DNA of 54,800 nucleotides from a virus (IMGVR_UViG_3300043410_001533:1-54800), one strand, 5' to 3'. Shown: positions 1-10,087, numbered from the stretch's first letter. The notes: a model not told the origin generated them from the letters alone. Program-made: numbers and translations.

Positions 1-453
1 GATAGCGATGTTTGTGCCGCCAGCGGCAACAGTCAAGCCACCATAAATGCGGTATCCAGCAGGGATATTCAAGCCGTTAGTAGGCAAGGTCAGTGGGTAT
101 GTTGTCAGCGCAGATGTGCCCAAAGCTGTAACAGAGGTTGCAGGGATTGCAACCTCACCCAAGAAGATATTGTTTGATGCTGTGGTGTTGGCTGAAGCGT
201 TGTTGATCCAGAAACGAGCCACTGTAGCTGACGATGTACCAGAGGCTGTAGCACCGTTGGTAGAGGCCAAACGGCACATCACTTGGTCAATACGAGCGCC
301 GTTAGCGCCAGCAGTGAAGACAAGCGCCAAAGCTGTACCAGCAGTTTCAGTGCCGTCAAATGCCTTGGTATTGGTCATCGCCGTGCTGACGATGGCGTTG
401 TTTGCCCCTACGTTAGGGGTCTGTGTAAATACTGGGGTTGATGTGACTGCCAT
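1..453 (-). CDS. Tail-fibre-associated structural protein, 3'-truncated by the window edge
   Basis: Not in the ORF track because it has no stop. Manual translation from the ATG at 453 (2 nt after the previous stop) gives MAVTSTPVFTQTPNVGANNAIV...GANGARIDQV...RFWINN...FLGEVAIPAT...LNIPAGYRIYGG, open to base 1; Thr/Ala/Gly-rich like its neighbours. Confidence 0.75.
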   Translation of the reverse strand, partial: MAVTSTPVFTQTPNVGANNAIVSTAMTNTKAFDGTETAGTALALVFTAGANGARIDQVMCRLASTNGATASGTSSATVARFWINNASANTTASNNIFLGEVAIPATSVTALGTSALTTYPLTLPTNGLNIPAGYRIYGGLTVAAGGTNIAI

Positions 454-455
454 GA

Positions 456-1079
456 TTAGAATCCTCCAAAATTGACTGCGAGATATAAGTTAGAACCTGT
501 TCCACCACTACCGCCTGATGCGGCAATGGTAATTGAACCTGAGCCGTTTGTAACAGAGATACCCGTTCCAGCGGTAATTGTTGCAATCGTATACGTTGTG
601 CCATTACCAATTGGAATCTGACCAGCGGTAGGGGTTGATGTTCCACCCAAACCGCCATTAGATACCGACAAAGCACCGCCCAACGTAATTGCACCAGTAG
701 TTGCTGTACTGGGTGTTAAACCTGTTGTACCAGCGCTGAATGATGTAACACCGCCAGTGCTTGCCGCCCAAGTAGGGACACCACCAGACAATGTCAAAAC
801 ATTGCCGTTTGAACCTGCCGCCAATTTGCTTAGCGTATTGGTTCCAGAGGCATACAAAATATCGCCAGTGGTGTAAGTCGTTTGACCTGTACCGCCTGCT
901 GTAGCTGGAGTTGTCTTCCAACCAATAACCTGTACAGCGGCAGAGTTGTCTTTGTAGAACAGCTTGCCGTCAGTGATGTTGATTGCCAACTCACCATTGG
1001 TGAGGTTACCCGCTGATGGGGCGGCAGTTGTCGTGGTGCTGTAGTACAGCGAGATTGGGGTAAAGCCTGTGGCCGCCAT
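456..1079 (-). CDS. Tail fibre / fibre-associated protein
   Basis: Start MAATGFTPI overlaps the previous stop (TAATG); motifs PSAGNLTNGELAINITDGKLFYKD and GGTGQTTYTTGDILYASG are typical of phage fibres. Confidence 0.7.
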   Translation of the reverse strand: MAATGFTPISLYYSTTTTAAPSAGNLTNGELAINITDGKLFYKDNSAAVQVIGWKTTPATAGGTGQTTYTTGDILYASGTNTLSKLAAGSNGNVLTLSGGVPTWAASTGGVTSFSAGTTGLTPSTATTGAITLGGALSVSNGGLGGTSTPTAGQIPIGNGTTYTIATITAGTGISVTNGSGSITIAASGGSGGTGSNLYLAVNFGGF

Positions 1080-3433
1080 TAGAAGGTTCCTCCTGAGATT
1101 CCTGACCATACGGGTGCTGACGTACCCGCCGATGTTAATACTTGACCTGCTGTGCCGTTAGCAATAAACGCTGTTGCACCAGATCCAGTTTGGTATGGTA
1201 TCTGGCTTGCAATACCACCAGCAAGGTTTGTAGCTGTGGTTGCGGTTGTTGCTGTCGTAGCTGTTGTTGCCGCGCCAACAGTAATAGACGCAGGGTCAGT
1301 ATATTGGGGCGCAGTACCGCTTGAAGTCAGGATATAGGTTGATGTACCAATACCCAACTTAGAAAGCGCTGTGCCAGAACTGTAGTACACTAGATCGCCA
1401 GCGGTGTAGGATGACAATCCAGTTCCACCTCTAGTCGTGGAGACCTCACCAGAAGTGATTTGAGACGCCGCGATTGCAATAGAAACATCAGCGGCGGCAG
1501 TTAATTGACCTTGTGCATTGACTGAATACGTTGGAACTGTTGCCGCACCACCATAAGAACCTGATGTAACTGTTGTGTTGGCGATGTTAAATGTGAATGC
1601 TGGTGACTCGCTTAAGCCAGTTCCAGCCGAGTAAGTGATCGGCGCATTGAACTGTACAAAGGACAGTGCTGTCGTTCCCACTGTGATGGGGAGTGCAGTC
1701 TGCTGAACCCATGCAGTAGAAGCCAAAGTACCGGAAATGACCAAAACGTAATCGCCTTGATCAATCTCGTTCGTCCCGCTTCCAGACGTGTCGTAGTCAG
1801 TTGCACGAGTCAGGATAAATGGCGCACCAGCACTGCCAGTTTGCGTAACAACGTACACGCCGTTATAAGGCGCATTACCACTAACTTCATTCTTAATCAA
1901 AACACGCTGTGTAACACTAGGTGATCCACCGCCTAAAGACAGCGCACCATTGGCATTTGCTGTGATCGTTGCGCCAATACCACTTGCACCATTGTTGTAG
2001 GTGTACGCAGGAAGCGTGGTTGTTGAGGCGTAGTTAACTGGCTGGTGATAATTCAAACCAGCCGCAATAGAGTCGGCATAGTCCTTGTTGACAATATCAG
2101 TACCACCCGTCGGGGCGGTCGTGATTGTTCCAGTAGTCATCGAGACTGAAGTGAATGCGCCCGAAGATGGAGTAGTTGCACCAACAGTCGTAGCATTGAC
2201 CGCTCCACCAGTAATCGCGACAGAATTTGCATTCTGCGTAGACATTGTGCCCAAACCCGAAATCTGTGTGTTGGCAATCGCTATAGAGGTCTCAGCCATC
2301 GCGGTAAGCTGACCCTGTGCGTTTACGGTAGCCGTGAGCGTTTTAGACGCCGTTCCGTAAGACCCAGCAGTGACTGCCGTGTCAGCGATAGAAATCGTAC
2401 CAGTCGAGGTAATCGGGCCACCAGTTAGACCCGTTCCGGTAGCTACCGAAGTAACACCAGAACCGCCGCCGGAAGTAAAAGCTTGCCAAGTCCCGCTTAA
2501 ATAACCTTCGAACAGGCCGGTTTCGCTATTATAGCGGAACATACCATTTACCGGCGACGCTGGGCGACTAGCTGTGTCGCCCGATGGGACTGTGACGCTA
2601 CCAAGGCCGGGGATTATAGGATTAGTCGCGATACTGACTACCGGGGTGGTCGTAGTGTTAACAACGGTGATTTGCTCAGCAGTCCCTGTAACCGAAGTCA
2701 CTGTACCATCGCCCTCGCCTACATTCGCCCAATCACCATTCACATAAGCCTCAATGCGATTGCTGTCAGTATTGTAGCGAATCTCACCGTCGTTAGGAGA
2801 CACGGGACGTTCGGCGGTTGAACCAGCTGGGATCGTGACGCCTTGAACCCCGGGCAATACCGCGTTATCAGCCAGTGAAAATACGGGAGCGTCAGTAGCC
2901 CCGTCAGGATTAGCGATACTGATTTGGTCAGTGGTGCCCGAAAGCGTGCGACCCGACACGGAACTACCACCACCGGTTATCGCAAGCATTCCAGTGCCGG
3001 AAAGATTCGCTACGGAAGCCGCAATGCCTGTCAACGCAATCATCGGATCACCAGCGACGCCATCAGCATTGGATATGCCCAAACCACTGCCCGATGTAGC
3101 AATCGAGCGCGATACGATCGCACCACTGGATTTAACGACAATGCCGTTTGACGCGGCTTCGAGACTGGCTGAAGTACCATTTAAAGCTATCGTCAAAGGC
3201 CCTTGTGCGCCGCCATCGGTAATTCCAATACCAGTGTTACTGGACAAGTACCGACTATTGGGCAAAGTAGGTTCTTGAGTCTGCGTCAGGAATGTTTGTG
3301 TTTGACTGGGAGAAGCCGCAATCGCGCCGGTCGTCGTCTGAACCGTCACACCATTTTGGACAATAGGTACCGCCTCAGACCCAGTGATCGGTCCGGCTGA
3401 GGGTAGTTGGGTAATGGCTACTTGTGCTGACAT
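1079..3433 (-). CDS. Tail fibre protein (784 aa)
   Basis: G/T/S-rich; duplicated unit P.G.TA.RP.SP..G..RYN...EGY..G.W; GVTSVATGTGLTGGPIT repeats; RVLIKNE...NGVYVVT...LTRATDYD fibre block. Confidence 0.8.
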   Translation of the reverse strand: MSAQVAITQLPSAGPITGSEAVPIVQNGVTVQTTTGAIAASPSQTQTFLTQTQEPTLPNSRYLSSNTGIGITDGGAQGPLTIALNGTSASLEAASNGIVVKSSGAIVSRSIATSGSGLGISNADGVAGDPMIALTGIAASVANLSGTGMLAITGGGSSVSGRTLSGTTDQISIANPDGATDAPVFSLADNAVLPGVQGVTIPAGSTAERPVSPNDGEIRYNTDSNRIEAYVNGDWANVGEGDGTVTSVTGTAEQITVVNTTTTPVVSIATNPIIPGLGSVTVPSGDTASRPASPVNGMFRYNSETGLFEGYLSGTWQAFTSGGGSGVTSVATGTGLTGGPITSTGTISIADTAVTAGSYGTASKTLTATVNAQGQLTAMAETSIAIANTQISGLGTMSTQNANSVAITGGAVNATTVGATTPSSGAFTSVSMTTGTITTAPTGGTDIVNKDYADSIAAGLNYHQPVNYASTTTLPAYTYNNGASGIGATITANANGALSLGGGSPSVTQRVLIKNEVSGNAPYNGVYVVTQTGSAGAPFILTRATDYDTSGSGTNEIDQGDYVLVISGTLASTAWVQQTALPITVGTTALSFVQFNAPITYSAGTGLSESPAFTFNIANTTVTSGSYGGAATVPTYSVNAQGQLTAAADVSIAIAASQITSGEVSTTRGGTGLSSYTAGDLVYYSSGTALSKLGIGTSTYILTSSGTAPQYTDPASITVGAATTATTATTATTATNLAGGIASQIPYQTGSGATAFIANGTAGQVLTSAGTSAPVWSGISGGTF

Positions 3434-3807
3434 TATGTACTCGTATTGTTAGGTGGACTCGGAGCGATAGTGTCCCGATTGCCATTAGTAGACGGCGTTT
3501 GCGTGTTCCCCTCCGTGGAGATCTGGAACTGGCTGGAGCCGTCCATCGACTGACTGCCGGTCATCAGGTAATCATCATTTGCCGCCACGCTCACGTCGGG
3601 GCGTGGGAATCGCAGGTTAATACGCTCGGTCTTCCGGGCGGGCAGACGATACGGGTCGAATTGGTCACGACATCCCGTGTCGCACACTCGCAGTCCGGGG
3701 AAATTGGGGTCGGGTCCAAGACGCACGAAAGCGTACTTCATCTTGCACCGGTCGCACACACCGATGGCTACCGAAGTCAGCCCTGTGGTGTCAAGAAATC
3801 TTGGCAT
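3433..3807 (-). CDS. Conserved virion-module protein with Cys motif
   Basis: CDRC...C..GC(RD) zinc-binding-like motif followed by ..PRPD; lies between adaptor and fibres and is translationally coupled. Confidence 0.65.
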   Translation of the reverse strand: MPRFLDTTGLTSVAIGVCDRCKMKYAFVRLGPDPNFPGLRVCDTGCRDQFDPYRLPARKTERINLRFPRPDVSVAANDDYLMTGSQSMDGSSQFQISTEGNTQTPSTNGNRDTIAPSPPNNTST

Positions 3808-4880
3808 TACGACGTGTACACCGAGATATTCGGTGCCCAGTAAATTGGGGACTTATCGCGCTCCTCTTGCTCCGCGTCGTTGAAATTCCGATCGGCTTGG
3901 CCTTCGAGATATTTAACACGCTCTAGCGGAACGGCAGGGAGAATCAGGGACATCCGGTGCGCCAGCATCGACTCCACCGCGAGAAGCCAGCGATCGGGGA
4001 TCGCGAGTTCGCCGGAGAGTGCTCCGACATCCTCGACTTGTGCTGAGTACCAGACGGTCATCTGGATGAATGGGTCCGAGGGTACCGGCCACAGGTAGAT
4101 CGTGGGCACTGGAATAGTGCGGTCGAACCAGTATTGGTAGGGCTGGTTCGCTGTGAAGTTCTTATTGGGCAGGTTTGTGTAGTCGTCGCGGTTCAGACGG
4201 GCCATCTGAATCTCTCGGCTATTATTACCAAGGTAGAATTCACGAAGCGCAAGGACGGTACCTCCGGAGGCCCGGACGCGGTATGCGATCACATCCTGCC
4301 CGGGGTCGATGTCGGTCCAGAGCCATTCGTTGTCCGACACTACTACCTGACCGAGGTCGTGCAAAGTGTTCCACGTGGAACCGTCCACGGAGTACTCGTA
4401 CGTTATTGTCCAAGTGGCACTGCCACCACCACTAATAAATGGCAAAATACCAATAGAGCCAATGTAGACAGGATTGCTGACACCATAGTTAACAGATATG
4501 TTACCATTGGCAGATGTCTGCTGGCAATACGTCGCAGTGTCGTTATCGTATACATTGGCTACTGTTCCACCGGCTGAAGATGTGTAACTCCCGGAGGGTC
4601 GCTCCATTTGGCGGTACAAGACGTTCAGAGCATCATTGGACCCCACGGGCATGTCGTAAATGTACTGGTCCGCGTTCAGTCCGATCACTGTCTTCTTGAT
4701 CGCAAAATACTGAATGCCCTTGTTAATCAGGGACGAAAGGACGTAAAAGAGGTTTCGCTTGGAGGAGAGTACCTGCTCGACAGTCAGCTCTTCGGCGAGC
4801 TTACCCGAAGCCCGTGCCGCGTCGTCAATCAGGTTCTGTACGCTGATTGTCGTTAATCCTACTGTCCCAGATGTTGCCAT
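3807..4880 (-). CDS. Head-tail adaptor / tail tubular protein A-like, with an inserted discoidin-like beta domain
   Basis: N-terminus MATSGT..LIDDA; C-terminal RLNRDDYTNLPNK..QPYQYWFDR..IYLWPVP; insert YEYSVDGSTWNTL resembles F5/8-type folds. Confidence 0.65.
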   Translation of the reverse strand: MATSGTVGLTTISVQNLIDDAARASGKLAEELTVEQVLSSKRNLFYVLSSLINKGIQYFAIKKTVIGLNADQYIYDMPVGSNDALNVLYRQMERPSGSYTSSAGGTVANVYDNDTATYCQQTSANGNISVNYGVSNPVYIGSIGILPFISGGGSATWTITYEYSVDGSTWNTLHDLGQVVVSDNEWLWTDIDPGQDVIAYRVRASGGTVLALREFYLGNNSREIQMARLNRDDYTNLPNKNFTANQPYQYWFDRTIPVPTIYLWPVPSDPFIQMTVWYSAQVEDVGALSGELAIPDRWLLAVESMLAHRMSLILPAVPLERVKYLEGQADRNFNDAEQEERDKSPIYWAPNISVYTS

Positions 4881-4883
4881 TTA

Positions 4884-5270
4884 TTACCACCCCGGGCAAT
4901 TCCAACGTTTAAGTGATGCGGCTTTACGGGTCGGACGGCCTTGGTCGTCCTTGAGAGGCCCCGGATTGCCCTCCATCCTAGCGCAAAATGAATCTCGTCG
5001 AGGTCCGCCTTGGGGCTGTGGAGCTTTCAGATTACTGCCAGTTTCCCGATTATACTTTGCCCGACCCTTCTTTGTCAATCCTGCCCCTTTACTAACCGGA
5101 AGCTTTTCGCCCCTACCGATCGCGAGGCTCGGACCGCCGTCTTTGAACTTCTTACCCTTGTCGGCCTTGACGAATTCTTTGCCTACCTTTTGAGGGACAC
5201 CCCCGAACCCGCCTTTCGTATGCGCGGCGGCTTGCATCAATCGATGCTGGGCGGCTGATTTGCTAGGCAT
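4884..5270 (-). CDS. Basic conserved phage protein (DUF6321-like)
   Basis: GLTKKGRAKYNRETGSNLKAP...RRDSFCARM...LKRWNC; carries one FKDGG motif. Confidence 0.65.
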   Translation of the reverse strand: MPSKSAAQHRLMQAAAHTKGGFGGVPQKVGKEFVKADKGKKFKDGGPSLAIGRGEKLPVSKGAGLTKKGRAKYNRETGSNLKAPQPQGGPRRDSFCARMEGNPGPLKDDQGRPTRKAASLKRWNCPGW

Positions 5271-5674
5271 TAGGAGTATGACTTGATCATCTCAAGCACT
5301 ACAGTATACGTGTCACCAGCGGACGCGTCAGCCGTTGAAAATACGATATTACCATTCTTACCCGCACCGGCATTGTTGGTGATACCGCCGAATTTCGAAA
5401 AATCATTCTCGAAGTTCGTGTTAACTGCACCCAAGAAAAATGGGACGTCTGTTGTGGCATCCCAATACATGCGCACTTCCATACCATGACATATCGACAT
5501 GATTTTATTAACCGTCACGCCAGTACATGCCTTGCCAAAATTATTTGGACTTAGATTAGCTACGTTAACTTTAGTGACTGCGGACTCTCCCGTGCCATCA
5601 CTAATATTCGTGAATTTCATGATCGCGAGACGTTCACCATCGAGTAACGTCTGACTTGTGACTGCATCAGCCAT
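5270..5674 (-). CDS. Conserved virion structural protein
   Basis: MADAVTSQTL.DGER.AIMKFTNISDGTGESAV.KV pattern; AGGA SD; located in the head module. Confidence 0.65.
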   Translation of the reverse strand: MADAVTSQTLLDGERLAIMKFTNISDGTGESAVTKVNVANLSPNNFGKACTGVTVNKIMSICHGMEVRMYWDATTDVPFFLGAVNTNFENDFSKFGGITNNAGAGKNGNIVFSTADASAGDTYTVVLEMIKSYS

Positions 5675-5687
5675 GACCTATCCTTTT

Positions 5688-5714
5688 AAAAGAACGGGAG
5701 CCGAAGCCCCCGCC
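5688..5714 (-). terminator. Rho-independent terminator
   Basis: Minus strand GGCGGGGGC-TTCG-GCTCCCGTT followed by CTTTT, right after the stop of 5719..6507. Confidence 0.7.
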
Positions 5715-5718
5715 TTAA

Positions 5719-6507
5719 TTAACAGACCCGACCGCCCTTTTTGAACGTTCCCGAAAGTTCGGAAATCGCCACAGGACCACTCGGAGCTTTTTTGGGCATC
5801 GCTACGGCGCGGCCAGTATCAACTACGCCCCCCGTAGCAAAATGCTTTTTTGCGGCACCACCTTTTTTGTAGCCACCGGCGTTACCCATCTTGACGTCAC
5901 CCGTAGGAGCCGAATTGTTATCGGGTGTAGCACCCACAACCTTCGTAGTCTTATTGGTCATCGTCTTGATGATGCCACCATTCTTGAAGCCGCCTTGTCC
6001 ATCTACGACGCCGCCAGTCTTGTAACCGCCGGGTTTCGTGGATTTAGCGATACCACCAGTCTTCAAGCCTTTGTGGGCTTTGGATGCTGACATTCCTTCA
6101 TGGTGCTTCAGCTCTTTGCCTACGCCCTTGATCGCCTTCATCTCAGCTTTATGCATTGATGCAGACTCGACCTCACCACCCTTCTTCATCATGGGGCGAC
6201 CCATGGGAGCGGCAGGAGGCATTGCGGGGCGTGCAGGAGCGGGTAAACCGCGAGCTGGAGGAGTGGGGCGTGCGGCCATACGTTTAGCGGCCATCGCGCG
6301 AGCCGCGACGGGATTACCCATCGGAGCGGCGGGTGTACCCGCTAAACTGCCCATTACCCCACCGTCCATCTTTTTTACGGGCTTGAAGCCCGCTTTAGCA
6401 CCCTCAGCGTGCATACGCTTGTGAGTGGCAGAACCACCTTTCTTCAGCTTCAATTCCACTGAAGGTTCGGTAGTGTACATCTTCACCATTGGTTTAAATT
6501 CACCCAT
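5719..6507 (-). CDS. Lys-rich internal/core virion protein with nine xKxGG-type repeats
   Basis: LKKGG, KMDGG, MKKGG, LKTGG, YKTGG, FKNGG, YKKGG, FATGG, FKKGG; second gene after the major capsid; AGGAG SD. Confidence 0.65.
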   Translation of the reverse strand: MGEFKPMVKMYTTEPSVELKLKKGGSATHKRMHAEGAKAGFKPVKKMDGGVMGSLAGTPAAPMGNPVAARAMAAKRMAARPTPPARGLPAPARPAMPPAAPMGRPMMKKGGEVESASMHKAEMKAIKGVGKELKHHEGMSASKAHKGLKTGGIAKSTKPGGYKTGGVVDGQGGFKNGGIIKTMTNKTTKVVGATPDNNSAPTGDVKMGNAGGYKKGGAAKKHFATGGVVDTGRAVAMPKKAPSGPVAISELSGTFKKGGRVC

Positions 6508-6518
6508 GATGCTACTCC

Positions 6519-6968
6519 TCAGATTTTCTGTGAGTAAACCACCGTCAAGCGATAAACGCCTTGAGTAGTGGAGATCGTACCGTTTGGATCAACAGTGATG
6601 TAGACGTTTTGGCTGGTGCCAATGTCGGACATCGCGGTCAATTGTGCGGCTGTAAAAGTCAAAGCAATACGACCACCACCAATCACATCAGTCGAGGACA
6701 CATACTGTGTACCTGCGGCGGCTGTGCCGATAGTCATCGCAATAGCTGTGGCTGTACCACCACCCACGACCTCATCAGTCACTGTATCAACGAGGAAGTT
6801 GATGATCTGTGAAGATGCGGGTAGAGTGACGTATGCGCTGGACGCAGTGCCAGCGGCAACCGTAGTAACGGTGGTCGTTTGGCTCAAGACCATGTAACCA
6901 CCATCGGTGGTATCGGTCAAAGCTGTAGAACCTGCGCGTACGGCGGAACCGAAATAAGTTTGTGCCAT
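6519..6968 (-). CDS. Capsid-associated structural protein
   Basis: MAQTYFGSAVRAG...TLPASSQII...RLTVVYSQ; directly downstream of the MCP; AAGGAG SD. Confidence 0.65.
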   Translation of the reverse strand: MAQTYFGSAVRAGSTALTDTTDGGYMVLSQTTTVTTVAAGTASSAYVTLPASSQIINFLVDTVTDEVVGGGTATAIAMTIGTAAAGTQYVSSTDVIGGGRIALTFTAAQLTAMSDIGTSQNVYITVDPNGTISTTQGVYRLTVVYSQKI

Positions 6969-6989
6969 TGTCTTTTCTCCTTAATGGAG

Positions 6990-7010
6990 CAGGGGGCGAA
7001 CCCCCCACTG
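6990..7010 (-). terminator. GC hairpin after the major capsid gene (weak terminator or mRNA stabiliser)
   Basis: Minus strand GGGGG-TTCG-CCCCC stem with UUCG loop; no U-tract. Confidence 0.45.
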
Positions 7011-7014
7011 TTGA

Positions 7015-7929
7015 TTAGACGCCAGCAGTGCCGTACATACCACGGGGGTCAGTCCAGCCCACTTGATAACGCTCAGTTGCCTTGTAGCGCATCGAGTCGG
7101 TCTCGAAATCACCTTCCATGGTCTTCTCCAAAGCACGGCGCATCAAGAGCTTCATGCCCTCGGGAGCGTCGGTCTGGACCCACCATGCGTTAGCATTGGT
7201 CAAACGGCTCAAGACTGCGGCACCTTCGTCCAGCAAGCCGATAGACTTGACGGGGTTGATGTCGTTGTTCGTTGTACCAGCGCGGAGCACTGACTTCAAC
7301 AGAACTTCAGCTTGGAAGACGTTGCCGGGAGCGACCACCAACTGGCGGGGCACCAAACGGATCTTCTTGCCGTTGTTATCCACTGCTTGACGAATCTGAA
7401 TCAACATCTGCTCAAGCGATGTTTGTGACAGATTCGCGGCTGTAGACAATTGGTTAGAGAATGTACCATTCACGATTGGGTGTGAAGTGCTAATCAGTGA
7501 CACGCCGTCACCACCGACGTAAGAACCGTTGAAAGCGCGGTTCAAAACGTTAGCGGACAGAGTCTCTTTAGTCTCAATCAATGATTGAGCCAAATGCTTA
7601 GCATACACCTGACCGATACGGATGTGGTCGCCGTCTTCCACCAACACTTTGGTCAATGCGAAGGCGAGGCCATACACATTGTACACATAGCGTTGCAAGA
7701 AGAGCACACCACCCTGTTGGTAGCTGACGGGAGTACCATCAGGCAACTGGGGAGCGGCACCAAAACCGTACAAGACGGGTTCTTCATGGTAGTTACGGGG
7801 AATGCCCTGTTCTTCACGGAAGACACGGGACCATTCGTCTTTACGCTGTTCGTAGATACCGTCGAAGCATTCGTTCAGAATTGGCTCGACGATACTACGA
7901 AAGTCGGTACTGCGCATTGGAGCGGCCAT
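7015..7929 (-). CDS. Major capsid protein (HK97 fold, Mu gpT-like family)
   Basis: EEPVLYGFGAAPQLPDG..VSY; YGLAFALTKVLVEDG; ETKETLSANVLNRAF; GDGVSLISTSHP; EGDFETDSMRYKATERY..GWTDPRGMYG. Confidence 0.9.
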   Translation of the reverse strand: MAAPMRSTDFRSIVEPILNECFDGIYEQRKDEWSRVFREEQGIPRNYHEEPVLYGFGAAPQLPDGTPVSYQQGGVLFLQRYVYNVYGLAFALTKVLVEDGDHIRIGQVYAKHLAQSLIETKETLSANVLNRAFNGSYVGGDGVSLISTSHPIVNGTFSNQLSTAANLSQTSLEQMLIQIRQAVDNNGKKIRLVPRQLVVAPGNVFQAEVLLKSVLRAGTTNNDINPVKSIGLLDEGAAVLSRLTNANAWWVQTDAPEGMKLLMRRALEKTMEGDFETDSMRYKATERYQVGWTDPRGMYGTAGV

Positions 7930-7942
7930 TTTTTAGTCCTCC

Positions 7943-8515
7943 TTAAATAGCGTTAACGGACGCATTGAACTGCGACTCATTAACTTGAACTTGTACAACA
8001 GTGTACGCATCTCCCCATGCGTTATCAACGCCGGGGGTCAAACCAATAATCTTCAATTGCGCAGAAGAACCAGCGGCAACAACCGAGGTGCTAATAGTGC
8101 ACTGAGACAATCCAGTGGTCGTGGAACCTGCAGTCACATTACTAAAATCTGACTGTGCACCCAGCACTGTTTGTGGCAACGAGCCGTCGGCTTGAATGTC
8201 ATAAACGATCGCGGGATCTTGGTAGTAATAAGCCACGAGCGAGCCAGTCACGTAAGCAGTATTGGCGGGCCAATAGTTGCTAATACGGGGACGGCCGGTG
8301 GTGTCGGTCCATTGAACGCCTGCGAAGGCACCCAAGAACGCGTCGCCAGCGGCGGCGGCTTGCAAAAGGCCGGTGGTAGCCAACTTGACGGGCTGGCCCT
8401 TCAAGATATCGCTGGTATAACCAGACAGAATACCGTCAGTCAAAGCGACCGCACGGTCCAAACCGGAAGGATGGAACGAGGGGCGCAAACCGAACGGTGC
8501 ATTTGTTGAAGACAT
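7943..8515 (-). CDS. Minor capsid / decoration protein
   Basis: MSSTNAPFGLRP..., LGAFAGVQWTD..G.P..SNYWPA, DPAIVYDIQAD; immediately upstream of the MCP; start moved to the Met after the GGAG SD. Confidence 0.7.
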   Translation of the reverse strand: MSSTNAPFGLRPSFHPSGLDRAVALTDGILSGYTSDILKGQPVKLATTGLLQAAAAGDAFLGAFAGVQWTDTTGRPRISNYWPANTAYVTGSLVAYYYQDPAIVYDIQADGSLPQTVLGAQSDFSNVTAGSTTTGLSQCTISTSVVAAGSSAQLKIIGLTPGVDNAWGDAYTVVQVQVNESQFNASVNAI

Positions 8516-8547
8516 ATTAGTCACTCCAAATCATGGTTCAGAATCCG

Positions 8548-9087
8548 TCACTGAAAAGTAGGGACGGGCATAGGTTTATCAAGTTCACTGATGCCTTCAC
8601 CTTCAATCTGACCAAGACGCCTGCCATTACTGTCGCGCCCCATTGTCTGCTCAGCCTGAACACGGATTTTGTCCGCTTCATCCTGAGGAGCGTGATGGTG
8701 CAACTCTGCCATGATGTCCTGATAAACTTCCTCAGGCAACTTGTAGAGTAACATTTCATTGCAAGCGACGAATCCAGTGTGCTCACCGGCTTTAACTTTG
8801 TAGTTCTCAAAGCCCGGAACCTCTTCAATCCTTACTGGTTCGTAACCCATGCGAATTCGCTTGTGGATAGGGTCGTACCCATTGGTCGTTGAAAGCCAAC
8901 ATACGTGAAATCCCGGAATATCCGGAGGTTTTGGAAGGGACTCTTGAATCCATTCCGAACTGAACATCCTACGACGTTCTTGCGCGCTCGCCAGTTTTCC
9001 AGTCGCTGGACCGCGTTCACTATCCTGCTGTGCGCGGGACTCACGGCCACCACCTGAAAGGTCTTTTTTCAATCGATCGTCTCTCAT
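8548..9087 (-). CDS. Conserved head-module protein
   Basis: LPKPPDIPGFHVCWLS...RMGYEPV motif; lies between the scaffold and capsid genes. Confidence 0.65.
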   Translation of the reverse strand: MRDDRLKKDLSGGGRESRAQQDSERGPATGKLASAQERRRMFSSEWIQESLPKPPDIPGFHVCWLSTTNGYDPIHKRIRMGYEPVRIEEVPGFENYKVKAGEHTGFVACNEMLLYKLPEEVYQDIMAELHHHAPQDEADKIRVQAEQTMGRDSNGRRLGQIEGEGISELDKPMPVPTFQ

Positions 9088-9091
9088 AATC

Positions 9092-10087
9092 TTACCCCTT
9101 ATTTGTATTCATGCGGTCATATTCCGCGTATTTACGAATCATCTTGTTACGCTCGGTGATGTTATCCCATCTACCGGCTTCCTTGATGGCGCGGACTCGC
9201 TCAGGTGACAACCGGAACTCGTTACCACGAGCTGTCGATTGTGATTCACGTCCTGAACTTGTTACCACGGTACGGGGTCTCCGATTTGACGACGGATTGT
9301 CGTTGCCGCTATTATAACGGTGCGGCAAATATTTTGTCAATCTATTGTCTAATTCTTCCCAGTAGTCGGCACTCTTGGGATCCCAGCCTTCGGCCACGAG
9401 AGCCTCATCCACCTTGGTGGCGACTTGGGAGTCCATATCCTTGCCGTTCGGGTCGTACCAGTCATTTCGAGCCATCCAGTCCGAGGCGTGACGCTTCAGA
9501 AGAGGGTCCGGAGCTTGAGGTACGGAATTACGTGTGGGTTCGGAGGCTACGGCGCGTTTCTTCAACGCTTCGAGTGCCTCCACTTGGCGACGGGCTTCAT
9601 ACCACGCCTCTTGCGCCTCGACGACGGAAGCTCCATCGGCCATCTCAGTAGCCTCTTTCACCTTCATCTTCGCGTACTGCAGACGCAAATTACCATCTTC
9701 GATCGCCTTGTCCAGTCGAGCGAGGTCCGAACCGGCTGTGCGCTTTTCCAAGACGCTTAGTCGCTCCGCCATCTGCTCATTTTGACGCTTTAGCGAATTA
9801 ATCAGGTGGTTCGACTCAGTCGCCTTCGCCTTCTGAAGCTTCTTCTTGAGCTGTCGCTCTTCGCGACGGGCCAGTCGAATCGCTTCACGCTCAGGGTCGG
9901 CGTGAGGTATATTATCGGCGGGATTATCATCATCGTCGCCGTCATCCGCGTCAACGCGACCACCGGTCTGGAGACCTTCGCCGTCATTGTCGGGGGTGTT
10001 TGGGGCCTCGCCGTCGGGCAGAGACACCACTGCGGACCCATCGGGTTCTTCCGCAAGTTGCAAGTCGAGTTTATCGTTAGAGGTCAT
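9092..10087 (-). CDS. Scaffolding protein (putative)
   Basis: Acidic N-terminus, long coiled coil, WMARNDWY..D..LVAEGWDP.S.DYWEELDNRL, basic C-terminal helix; position upstream of the capsid genes. Confidence 0.7.
   Translation of the reverse strand: MTSNDKLDLQLAEEPDGSAVVSLPDGEAPNTPDNDGEGLQTGGRVDADDGDDDDNPADNIPHADPEREAIRLARREERQLKKKLQKAKATESNHLINSLKRQNEQMAERLSVLEKRTAGSDLARLDKAIEDGNLRLQYAKMKVKEATEMADGASVVEAQEAWYEARRQVEALEALKKRAVASEPTRNSVPQAPDPLLKRHASDWMARNDWYDPNGKDMDSQVATKVDEALVAEGWDPKSADYWEELDNRLTKYLPHRYNSGNDNPSSNRRPRTVVTSSGRESQSTARGNEFRLSPERVRAIKEAGRWDNITERNKMIRKYAEYDRMNTNKG

Noticed and set aside
2500-2860. Duplicated unit in the tail fibre as a DGR template/variable repeat
   Set aside because: In-frame domain duplication with divergence not restricted to adenines; no reverse transcriptase seen
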